The position numbers were made by a program, and so were the translations under genes. A stretch of DNA of 64,000 nucleotides, taken from NCBI RefSeq assembly GCF_000315625.1, contig NW_005434616.1, forward strand, positions 434,437 through 498,436. Reading direction: 5' to 3'. The DNA comes from Guillardia theta CCMP2712 (lineage: Eukaryota; Protista; Cryptophyta). Below are positions 49,062-60,637 of this stretch, in pieces (within the stretch, counting starts at the first letter, position 1; every line of letters starts with the position of its first letter). The notes below the pieces were generated by a model that was given only the letters and a program-made list of their open reading frames with translations, was not told where the DNA came from and did no database searches.

Positions 49062-51113
49062 TTACTTAGGGACTACCAGGTTGTCGATACCGGAAACAAC
49101 CTTGGCTGAAATAATCTTGTCGCCGACCTGTAAATAAATTTTCAACGTCAATCAAACCATAGCGGGTGTCACTTGTGAATTTACCTCGACATTTGAGAGA
49201 AGGCGGTTTCCTTCCACAACGTAACTGCCCTCTGAATCAGTCCGACTTGAAGCTCGTGGCATAATACCTCACCCGAAAGTGCTGAACCTGCCGTCCATCA
49301 GATTTCTCCCAGCGGTGGTCAATTCAGGATCGAAGAGCAGGAAGAAGAACTGGCGTAATCGGAACTCGTCATCTCGCTGCTCAGATGAAGGCACACAGCA
49401 TACTTGCGTAGACGCATCGTTGGCATTATCTTCGGATCTTGCCATGGCTAGGGTGCCGTAGACAGAGAAGGGCAACTGCAAGACGATCAGAAATTATCCT
49501 GCATGCACCTTGTTTCCTCACCTTGGGCTGAGCTAGAGGGCGGCCGTCATCCTCAAGAGTTGTCTGCATCCTCCTTTGTCAGCTTGCCGTGTTGATTGCA
49601 AGGATCACGAGGTACCTCGTAGGTTGGCTCCTTGTCTCCTTCAGCGAACACCTCAAGCGGCAGCGTTCTTACGGATCTATCCATCCTGTGAGCCGCACAA
49701 CACCACCTCTCTTCCTCCGCTACCCGTCGGAGTTCTTAAAACCATGCACGCCCTCAGTGTTCTCCGGCTCAGGATCGCCAGTTTGAACAACAAAACCATC
49801 GGAGCGCTGTAGGCAATTAGAAGTGAACACAACCAAAACTGACAACATACCTGGATAGACATTCCGTTATAAAATCCTCTGTTTACCTACTTAATATGTC
49901 AATTGAAATATGGGTTCATGTTTGTACAGATTCACCAGATCCACAAAGGCCCCAGCGTTGATAGGAGCAGTGTAACCATCGCAAACAACTCGAAACACTG
50001 CTTGGTCGTAAACCGTTCCTGTAACAACAACCAAGAAGTCATTAACGAGCTCACTGAAATTCATAGAAGCGAAGCCCCACCATCGACATCAAACTTGGCA
50101 CCGTCAGCTGCTTTCTTGACTGTCATCTCCACTACGGCTCTTCCCTAAACGAGATGGTGAACGCCGAGACCCCGACAAGACAGTATATATTCAGCCTCGC
50201 ACTTGTTACCTTGAGCTGAGGAAGCTTGGCATATTCTTTCGGAATCCTGAGACAAGGTTATGCCGTTTAGGGAGCGAAGCGTAGTCCTCACTGATAAGGA
50301 AAGTCCTTGATCATAAGCTGCTCCAGCAATCCAATCTTGTCAAGGGCCGCTCGTTTTGCTTTCTCAACAACTGCAACATCTTGTGTTTCCACGCTTTTGA
50401 CGACATTTTCCAAGCTGCTCTTTACTTCATCAAGCAACGCCTTGCCCTCAGCTTGACGATCAGAAGAAACGTCCTGAATGGAATTAACGGCAACGCAATG
50501 AGAATAATTGTTCGTCAACCTTCAGAATGGCATCAGATTTGGTCGTGACGACATTCAGGGCCTTCCTAGAGTATCCAAGAATCTTGCTCCACCTCTCGCC
50601 CCTGATCTCTCGGAAAGCTTTGTCCATCTTCATCTCGAGTTCAGCCTGTCCAGAAATAAGGTCGTAGACCTGAACGCGAGACAAGAACTATCCTACCTGC
50701 GCTTCTCGGATGGGATTCTTTGGATTGATAGGAAGTGAAAGTCGGAGGATAGACTCCGGGTCCTTGTTGGCATCAACTGAAGGGGCTCCACGAGTGACCT
50801 TGGACGACGTGGCTCCTTGCGCATAAGCTGTGCCTCCATAGGACACAGGGGAATCTGGCGTAACCATGCCCGGGGAAAGAATCAACGAGGCTCCAAGAAT
50901 GCCAGAGAAGATCATGTTGGAGATGCTCGAAAGTTTAGCTTCCAAGGTGTCCTGAGGCTTGGCAGACATCAAGATCGATGGTCTTGCTGACCTCAAGGGG
51001 CTCATCGTTCCGTGTGAACGAAGCTTCAAACAAGACGGAGCGAAGCAAAAGCAGGGCGAAACAAGCAGGACCAGTGCAGCCTGAAGGGCCAGAAGCGTAC
51101 GACCTTGAACCAT
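49062..51113 (-). CDS. CYP38: Thylakoid-lumen cyclophilin CYP38/TLP40 (peptidyl-prolyl isomerase family)
   Basis: NKDPESILRLSLPI, YGTLAMAR...DASTQFFFLLFDPELT...NLMDGRFSTFG. Signal peptide ends in FC|FAP, followed by a transit peptide and an AYA lumen-processing motif. Confidence 0.9.
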
Positions 51114-51699
51114 GAACATGATACAAGAGATCGTGAAGCAACCTACACAAACGTGAGGACAAGGAGATGCTGCTTGTAAGCCTAGTGATTGCGATAGTAG
51201 AAAAGCTGGTGCATCGGAGATACGCACACAGCGATCTAACGCGATAATAAAACAGTGGCAACGACAATCGAGTTGAAGATGATGAAAGAGAAGGAAACAA
51301 CATGAGATTCGGAAGCAACAGCCCGGATGGTTTGAGAGAGTTGGACGGAGCCATGGATCACAAGCAGGGGGATCAGACACATGTGAGAGAAGATCCGAAC
51401 GAGAAGAAATAGAAACATCAAGATCCAAACGGGAAGAATAGAAACATGATGAGGAAAAGAAACAGTGATAGACGTAGAGGCATGCAGATCAGCGAGGTTT
51501 ATGAATTGGATTAGGATGGTCAGAAGAAAGCGCACCAAAGAAGTGGAAGGGAAGGAGAAAGAGAAGAAAGGAGTGAGGGAATGGGGAAGGATAGAGACCA
51601 AAAAGGAGAACGAGGAGAGAGAGGATTCAGATGATGAAGCATAACTCGCCAAACGTCATGACAAACAGCATGAGATCCCGTTCGGCGCTTTCGCGGCAT

Positions 51700-52130
51700 G
51701 GTGTAAGGGTGTAAAAGGATCGAGATCGTAGTGGGGGGTGGGTAGGAGTGAGGGTGAGAGTGTATGGAAAGGGGGGTATCAAATACTGTGAAGGAGGGGT
51801 ACTGTAATACAAACCTTGTGCAGACTCATGGGTGGGGTCTTTCTGAGCCATGACGGGGTGGTTTTCCTGGAACACTTATAGGTCCGACAAGGATTTCTGG
51901 GGTGGGGTAGTAGATGACGTATGAGGGGGGTGTATCTCATGATTTCCTTGCCAACGATTATTTTCGTGGGTCCCCTTTTTTTCACACTATTTATTTCATT
52001 ATAAAGTAAATTTCAAAATTGTGAGACAAAGAATAAAGAAATTCAACTTTTTGTTGCAAATTATCAATCTGTGAAATTTTCTTTTTTTTTGCTGACCACA
52101 TATAAAGACCTGGTAGGGGTGGTGGGTCTG
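51700..52130 (-). promoter_or_regulatory. GGGGT/GGGTA-rich tract upstream of CYP38 (TACCC on its sense strand)
   Basis: Same motif class as the other promoter tracts. Confidence 0.45.
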
Positions 52131-52634
52131 AACTTTCGCTCACGAGTATCTCCGATGATATATCTCAGTTCCTTCAGGATACTTTGGCCCTACTTGGACT
52201 TGTGCATATTTTACTGCCTCAAATTGTACAACAATAGCGAGCTGAGGTGAGCTCGAGCTCTATGCGATGGGACCCAACCATGGCCAGGTGTTGAGTAGGG
52301 CAGACGAAGATGAGGGAAGAGCTGGGGAGAAGCCGAACAAGGGTCGAGAAGCGTAGAAAGAAAAGATATGAGGACTGAGAAATGAAAGATGAGATGTGAA
52401 GATGATGAACGGGGAACTAAAACAAAACGATGACAGTAAGATTGTATGGAGGTCTTTGCGAGAGGGGATTGAGAGGAGAAGTTAGCGTTGAGCAAATATA
52501 ATTTTGAGAAGGTCACAGCATGTGGACACATCTGAAGATTGAAGGGAACTATCTGATTGTTGATGAAGAGAAGGAAGTTCTGGCATGTGGAAGCAACATG
52601 AAATGATTCGGTTTTCTTGGCCAGGTTCTTGGAA

Positions 52635-54396
52635 ATGAGCAACCAGATCAAGAAAGTTGGGGTGATCGGAGGAGGAATTGGCGGAATGGCGCTTGCTGCT
52701 GCTCTAGTACGGAAGGGGATCGACGTCTCTGTGTATGAGAGAGATGCGGCAATGGAGTCGAGAAGTCAAGGCTATGGGCTTACCATGCAGCAAGGGGGCA
52801 AAGCCCTCAAGGAGCTCGGGATCACAATGAAAGGCATTAGCTCAATCTGCCACTACTCTCTCCTACCAGACGGAGAAGTCATCGGATGGTATGGGCGACA
52901 ATGGCGGAGCGCGGAAGGGAGCAGGAAAGAAGAGCTTTGTTGGAAATGCAAGGGCACGACGTGGAAGCCGCAGAAAAACAAGGACGCTAAGGCAGGGAAG
53001 CCCAAGACAACGTGTACGGTTTGTGCGGGCACGGGAAGGATGAATGCAGAAACCATTTACAATGTACATATTCCTCGTCAACAACTTCGCGCTGAGTTGT
53101 TCGCTCAGTTGCCTGCTGGGGTTGTGAAGTGGGGGCATCAATTCGTGAGGTTCGAAGAGGATTCAACCCAGGGAGACGTCATTATTCATTTCGGCAATGA
53201 TGTCCCTTCTGATCGCGTTTCAATCTTGGTGGCAGCTGATGGAATATATTCAGGTGTTAAGATGCAGATACTACAAGAATTCCTGGACAAGTCTAACAAT
53301 GACAACACACGCATTGACGAACTCGCAGACATCCTCTCGTCTCATCCGCGAGATGATCTCATTAGCACCCCCCCAGCGAGATGCATCTCAGTGAGAGATT
53401 TTGAAGACAAAGCTTCTCAGCACTATCTGATGCCATTGAAGGTGATAGTAATCTTGGGCATTACCAACGTACATCACCCTCTCTTGAAGCAAAGAGTCTT
53501 TCAAACCTTGAATGGAGAGACTCGCATCTACGTTATGCCTTTCTGTGAAGGAAATCCTTATGAGACTATGTGGCAGCTCTCGTTCCCATACCCCCAAAGT
53601 TCCGACGGCTCAGAGCCCACAGACTTGTCTCCTTCCAGCTTGAAGCGCATGGCGCTGGAGCGCTGTAAAGACTGGCATAGGCCAATACCAGAGCTGATTG
53701 AGAGCACGAAGCTCGAGGGGTTGACGGGTTACCCAGCCTTCGACGCGGATCTCCGCCTCCTCCAGCACACGCTGCGCCAGCTCCGAGATCGTCGTTCGAG
53801 GGTCACCCTGCTCGGAGATGCAGCTCATCCCATGTCACCCTTCAAAGGTCAGGGGGCCAACCAAGCTCTTCTTGACGCTGTCAGCTTGGCTCGCTTCTTG
53901 TCTCTGAGCGACTGGGCCGGAAAGAGGGAGGGAGATGGAAACGGAGAAGGCTGTGGGAAACGAGACCTGCACGACTACTTGAAGGGTTGTGGGAGGGCCT
54001 CCATGTGCTTGTCGGACGCATTGGGCTCCTATGAGGAAGAGATGATGCAGAGGAGCAGGAAGAAGGTCAGCATCTGCTGCTCGGCCTTCGCCTCACTCGT
54101 CACAGGTCGTCGCCTCTCGCGATGCTGCCAGGGTTTTGCATTCGCCTGCCGCTTGCGCCAAGTGAGATGAATTCTGAAATGATAGAGCTGACGGAGCTGT
54201 ACAGGACTAATTGCGTGAGGGCGAGTGCTGCTCTTGCTGCAGAAGGGTTCGAAAACGATCCAGAGGTTACTTGGATGGAATGGCATGTGAATGAAGTGAC
54301 TTGATGCTTTACAAGGGACTTGCTAAAAGAACAGCGATTACAGAAGAAGAGCTCTTGCTGGCACGAGACGAGATCAGAAGACTGATATCACAGTAA
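52635..54396 (+). CDS. FAD-dependent monooxygenase (FAD_binding_3) with inserted CxxCxG zinc finger
   Basis: GGGIGG Rossmann motif, LVAADG and LLGDAAHPMSPFKGQGANQA; short 3' exons inferred (…LHSPAACAK|TNCVRASAA…). Confidence 0.88.
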
Positions 54397-54414
54397 TGAA
54401 TGTCTACCTTTGAA

Positions 54415-56822
54415 CTACTTCATGCGTTGTCCTCGGAGGAGTTTCGGTGAACCTACAAAGCCAATAAGAATAGCAGACGCTGACGCACTAGCAAATTCCT
54501 TCCAACTTCCAGTATCATAGTTGATCTCCAGCAAGATGCTCTCAATCTTTCCATCCAGCCTCTCCGATCGCAGCCTGCTCCATCATGATTTTGTGCTCGA
54601 GTAAGCGAGGCGAATCTCTCACGTAAAGCTGAGAAGCGGCGGCTGATCAGGGAACGGATTGACTCGCACGCCGCGGATGAAATCAATGATCGCACGCTTA
54701 GCCCCCTGACATAGGTCCGCCTGTCAGAAGAATCTTCCATCTCCACTCCTCGTCTTCCCAGCCCTGAATCCTCCAGCTCCTTCTCCCTCTCCTCATCATC
54801 AAATGCAAAAAGATCATTCGCAAGTTCGCGCCCTCTGCTAATATTCTACGCTGCAGTTCAAATGCCGTCACCTCGTTCAAGTGTCGAGAGGTTTCGACGA
54901 GCTCGATCAGGCCAGGGACAGTTTTGAGCTGGATTTCTGTTAGACGTTTTGCATATCATGCGATTCATGTACTTGTTTCTTCCATAGCGCTACGCTCTCT
55001 CCCGGAGGAGCAGCAGGAGGATTATCAGCTGGAGCACTAATTAGTATGCTGCGTTGTCTCACATGCAATGAGCTACTCGCAGGGGCGTCAGAAAAGCTCT
55101 CAGGCTTAGAAGCTGATCCGCTATCTTCTGCTGCGATCCTCTCAGATTTCCTCTCCCTCATCCTCTTATTCCTCCTCCAGACATGACCTTCTTTGGCAAG
55201 AGCTTGCTCCGCTAAGTGTATCTCGTCAAACACAAGACCAAGGGTGTTTGCATTAGCTCACCACCGGCACTTGCTGCATCATTCACTCTGTGCTTCTTTT
55301 GCTTCCCTCCCTCCTCCTCGTTTTGATTTTTCTTGCCCCTAGATCGCTTGCCTGAAGGAGCCTTCCACAAAAGACTCAGTCGCGAGCCTCGTCGAAAGAG
55401 CATTCACATACTTGAGCCTCATCGGTTGTCTTGTCGTTTTCTTCATCGACTTCTTCCACGAGGACTTGCCTGCACTCATACACATCACAAGGCGATCAGA
55501 CATGTTTCAAGGCAGCACAAAATATCAGTGTGGCGGGGGATGCCAACTGAAGTAGTTCGCTGCGGGGCAGTGAGATGTAGACTTCAGGGGTACTGTTCCT
55601 CAAACCTGTGTTCCTTCCCACCAGTTTGCTTCAGTCCGAGGTCTCGGCGTTATTGCCTTTGGAAACGCCGCATTTTGCCCACTCACGCTGAAACTGTGCT
55701 CTCTTGCCTCGCGATCTTTCCTAAACGACCTGTTTCAAAAATACGAAGGTTTCTTTGCAACACACGATTTACATCTCATCTTTGGTTTGTGGTTTGATGT
55801 CAAAAAGCCCCCTCTTCTTGAATCTTTCATGAAAATTTTCGGGTCTTCGCAGTTCGTCATGGTTCGACCTGATCAGCATTGCAGTCCTCACCTCAAACAA
55901 TGAGAAGTGTCTATGCAAGAGACTTTCCAGTTCTCATCGCTCAGGTCTGACAACAACGTGAGTTCAAGGAACAAATCAAGAGTTGATACCAAGAGCACGA
56001 TTATCGATGCTGAGGAATCGTTTTTGCAACGAGGTGATCCCCTTCAAGCTGTTCTTTGCCTCCGATGTGCTCAACATGTTCGAAAGAGAGGTGCCGATAT
56101 CGTCCATCTGTTTCTTGTCCAACCGAATCCTATTGGCTGAGACTATGTCGCTCATCAGCGTACCCGTGAGCTTCACCTGCTCACTTTCAGCATGCGCGTC
56201 TGATCTCTGCTGCTCATATACCCAATCGTCATCGTCTTTGGCCGCACAGTGCAATACAGCCCTGCACGATAGGATTTACATATAACACGTGATGGACATT
56301 TAGCTGACTTGAATGCATCTTCAAGCTGCTGCAAGTCCTCTCCTTTTCTTGCACCGGTCTGACAGCATGTCATGTGAAGCAGCAATACTTGAGCGTTCGA
56401 ACCATTGCGAGAAGCAATCGTAACTTGACCGGTTGTTCTATCTTCTTCCACTTGCTTTCATCCGCTAACTGTCCAACCTTCGTTAGTGGGGTAACAGCAA
56501 TTTTGTTACGTGCCTGCGTCAGCACTTTCGAATTCAATGCCGAAGAAACTCTATCAGCTGTCAAGAAACAACACCATCAAACCAACCTTCGTGTGGCAAG
56601 AGAGTGGAGAAAGTCTTTATTGAAAGAAAATGAGGAAAAGGTTGAGGATGAAAATGAATGTAATGATAGGTAGAAGGGATGGAGGGGATGAAGGCAAGCA
56701 AGGAGGAGGATTCGCAGAGGGCAAGAAGGAAGAAGGAGAACAGGAAGGAGGAGACGGATCTTGCCTGTCCACGAAGTGCTGACCCTCTCTGCCAGCCACA
56801 CGCTCCAGTCTCGTTCTTCCAT
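54415..56822 (-). CDS. NELFA: Negative elongation factor A (NELF-A/WHSC2) ortholog
   Basis: Spliced N-terminus MEERDWSVWLAERVSTSWTADRVSSALN...KWKKIEQPVKLRLLLAM...VLHCAAKDDDDWV. Spliced C-terminus AKRAIIDFIRGVRVNPFP...LRSE...ILLEINYDTGS. Both match the conserved NELF-A termini. Confidence 0.8.
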
Positions 56823-57147
56823 GTCCGCTGTTCGCTACAAAACTTTTCTGTAGACAAAATTGAAATCATAAAATCGAGTTCTCTGGGGCTAAAATTTATA
56901 TCAAATTCTATGTTTTATTTTGAAAATTCAAACTCGATATCGCAGTGAAGGGAGAATTGCCATTGGGTAGGGCAAGGAGATAGGTCGATAGGATCGCTCT
57001 CCATTGCTCCACCTTGGCCCAGCTTGCGTGGGTGTTACTTGTCACGTGATACTCCTTTGATGTGCGTTTCTTGCTTTGTTACATCACTTTGATATCGGTT
57101 CTTTCTGTGCGACATCATTTCTTGCTCTCAACTATGTAACAAGGGCT

Positions 57148-59877
57148 CTACCTCTCTCTCTCTCTCTCGATCCAGGCTTGTCGTTTCAGTGCTATCGCGG
57201 TCCTGAGATACTCGTACGTCTCGTGCCATCTTTCAGGTCCAGTCCACTCCTGCCATAGCACATCAAAGAAGTGTGAGCAGCAGGCAAATTCAGCTGACAT
57301 CGAGCGGGCTTCGTCGCATTTGTCCTTTGGTTGGTTTATACTCCACGGTGGCAAAGTGAAGACACATCTTCTGCCTGCAATCTCGACTCATTTCCCTCTC
57401 CTCCTCACATCTTCTTCTTCTCACGCTTGCATGATGCAGTTTTCTCCCAGATCGTTCTGTGCCAGCAAATCGCCTCCAGCCTCCACCAACACCTGCGAGA
57501 TGCTTGACAAGAGACGAGAGCAACAGAGAGGTTCGTCACCTGCACCGCGTCTTTGTGACCCCAGTGGATGGCAGCCATCAAGGGGGTGTGGGAGGCTTCG
57601 TTTCGAGCTTCAAGGTTGGCCCCATGAGCGACTAGAGCTCTTATCGCCTCCACGTGTCCCTCATGTGCCGCCCAGTGCAGAGCGGTGAAGCATGGCGCAT
57701 ACTTGAGCCCTCGACCTCTCACCCCCCCATCCAGCTCGATTGGGATGCCAGCGGAGAGAAGGCGGCTGATTGCTCGGCATGAGTTGTTCCTCGCAGCATA
57801 ATGCAGGGCCGTCCAGTTGCCATGGTCCCTCGCCAGGACATCAGCTCCGTGTCTCACTAGCACTGCTATGTTGTCATCCTTGTCCTGATTTGCAGCATGA
57901 TGCAATGCTGTGCACATTTGAACCTCCGGATCTCTGGCGTTAATGTCCACCTTGTACACTGTGAGAAACTCGTCTAAGTCCTCCTCATCGCCAAAAGCTG
58001 CCACGTTCCAGAAAGTTCGTTTGAGGACCCAATCGTAGGTTGAATCCTCCCTGCTCTCATTAAGAAATGAGTTGATTTGCCATGGTTGCCTTTTCCATGT
58101 CCGATTGCAGACATCACATAAAACGTCTGTTGCATGCAGAAGGTAATGCAATCTGAGCCTCCCATTATTGAAACGCCTCTCGTTGGCAAGGGAGATGTGA
58201 TTTCTGTCGAAAAACTTGGAAAGATTATATTTCTTCAGCTCTCTTTGGTGTGATTTGCTTCCTCTCGCTGCAAGCTGTGTCATGTTCAAGATCTTTGAGT
58301 AGAATCTTCTTGTTTCTTTTGACATCCAGTGCTTTGCCAAATGGCTTGGAGGAAGAGTGGAACAATACCTGCAGTCACCAGAAACCCACTGATTGTATTT
58401 CAAGCGGAGGCGCGTTAGCTGACTATCAGGTACTCGTCGATCCGAAAATGACCAATATCCAACTGTAGATTCTTTCAATAATTTGATCCATTTATTGTAT
58501 TCTTGGTCTTCATCGATCTTGAAATGCACATCCGGCAGATTGTACCTGAATCCAAGAGTGAAACAGATCGCAAAAGGATTTCATGGCAACCTGCCGTTGA
58601 AAAGTCGTTCTCGAAAGAACTTGGTGCAAATTTTCCCTCCGTATGGGTTGCCAAAGTAGCGTCCGTGTCTGCCTCGCATCGGCTCTGCAAGTCTTTTCAG
58701 GGACCAACAATCTTTCATCTCCAATACTACCACAATACAATGTTCCGTTGTGCGCGCAGAAGACTTCCCATTCTTTGCTGCTGTTTCACAATTCAGAAGC
58801 TGGAATTTCGATGTCACTTGCCTGTCTCGTGTCAAAGCTTCCTCATAAACCCGGCAGCATTCTTCTTCGTTTACAGGAGGCAACAACCATGCACCCTAGA
58901 AAATGTTCAGAGCAAGACCAGCGATCTTGAATAGCTTACAAAAGAGGAATTCGACTCCTCAGGCGAGAAGAACACGGAGCCCGGAAAAGCATAGAGAGTC
59001 TCGCCTGGATAGAGCACACTGCCGTCGCACAAGCGACGAGCAATTCCATCCTCATCGCCCCTGAATGATGTCAAACACGACCCGGGATCATCTGTCCTTG
59101 GTTCGCCAGGGATGGGGCTTGGGAACGGAGAGGAAGTAGGAGCAAAGGCAAGCATGTGGTGAGGACGCTTGTTGGAGCTTCCTATGCATGGAATAGGACA
59201 ATTGATCTGCATGAAGCATGAGATGCTTGCTACCCGATGATTCAACGTACTTGCGACGGCGCTGTAAGCAAGAGCGCCCCATGCCCAGCAACTACAAAAG
59301 TGAAATTCTCACCAGGACGAACGTCGAAGGGGATTGGAACTTCGATCACTAAGATGCAAAGTGACACGCTGTTGCAAAGCAAATAGGAAGTCACCTTTCA
59401 GGGGATAGCGAGGTCGAGGATTTCCCGTGGTGTGCCGAACATGAACACTATGATGGTCTAGCACCTCAATTTTTTTATCTTGCTTGTTGATTACGACACG
59501 AACATCTTTTGGAAGCTCCAACTCCTCGTGATGGAGATCTATTGTCATGTCTTCGTCTGGAATCATTTGGTCTTGTGGAGTTTCATCTTCAGTCGTCTCG
59601 TCCGAGAGGTTTTCACTCGAAGTCAGTTTGTAACGATCACTCCCTGAACTTCGCTTCAATCGCGATGATGAATCAAAATCAGACCCCCCACGGAGCTTGA
59701 TCCAAGGTTGCCTTTCAGCGCTTCCATGTGTCTTCAAGAGCTGAAAATCAACACATCTCTCATACCTGCAACTTGATGGGATCAAAGAACGGAGATCAAG
59801 GACGCAAGGATGTACCGTGTGGACGTTGAATGAGAGAGAAGTAAGAGCAAGACAGTGGTCAAAGACAGGCGATGCAT
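57148..59877 (-). CDS. Ankyrin-repeat protein with signal peptide and presequence ending IKLRGG
   Basis: Ankyrin repeats TALHHAA, TALHYAA, TALHWAAHEGH and TPLMAA. Spliced N-terminus MHRLSLTTVLLLLLSHSTST|RYERC...PWIKLRGG. Confidence 0.8.
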
Positions 59878-60227
59878 CTCTTTTCATTCACCGAACGAGT
59901 TTCTTCTTTCACCTGGGAGAAACATGCGGACATGTTGCCATCGCCTGCTTGTGCCTGGATGCTCGGCGAGATCAAACCCATCACGAAGCTTGCATGGGTT
60001 GTTTGAGATCAAGCTCACCTCAGAGTCCTCACGCTGCTAGCTACTAAAAGCTCTAGCTAGGCGACCCATATAAGGTAGGTGGTTTTCGCTGCCTCCTTCG
60101 TTTCCTAGTATTTTATTGAGGCGGGTTTGTAGGCTCTATCCTCCCCCTCCTTTGTTTGCTCCGGTTTGCCCTTCTTTTTCAGTCAATATAGGTGGTGATC
60201 CCAGAAATTCCCTTCATGCGATCTTCT

Positions 60228-60549
60228 GCACCATCCTTGTACCATCCCATCTCTTGCCTTGTACCATCCCTTGTACCATCCCTTGTACCATCCCTTGTAC
60301 CATCCCTTGTACCATCTCTTGTACCATCTCTTGCCTTGTACCATCCGTTGTACCATCTCTTGCCTTGTACCATCTCTTGCCTTGTACCATCCCTTGTACC
60401 ATCTCTTGCCTTGTACCATCCTTTGTTGTACCATCCCTTGTACCATCCCTTGTACCATTCCTTGTACCATGTCTTGCCTTGTACCATCTCTTGCCTTGTA
60501 CCATCTCTTGCCTTGTACCATCTCTTGCCTTGTACCATCCCTTGTACCA
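60228..60549. repeat. Minisatellite of mixed 12-bp (CCTTGTACCATC) and 17-bp (TCTTGCCTTGTACCATC) units
   Basis: More than 20 TTGTACCA cores, between divergent genes. Confidence 0.93.
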
Positions 60550-60637
60550 ACACGTCTTGACTTCGTTTTAGCTGCCCGTGTGGAGCTGACTCTGAGCTGC
60601 TCAGGCTTGGATGAGATAAAGACTGGAGTCGCTTAAG

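Noticed and set aside
54735-54815. C/D box snoRNA (TGATGA...CTGA) in a NELF-A intron
   Set aside because: The interior is low-complexity and purine-rich, there is no terminal stem, and CTGAC is the usual branch-point motif.
3266-56822. Functional cluster of Pol II and chromatin genes (CPSF3, DDT protein, NELF-A)
   Set aside because: The genes are dispersed among unrelated genes, with no evidence of co-regulation.
60116-60636. Multiple long repetitive ORFs on both strands
   Set aside because: These are artefacts of the stop-poor minisatellite.
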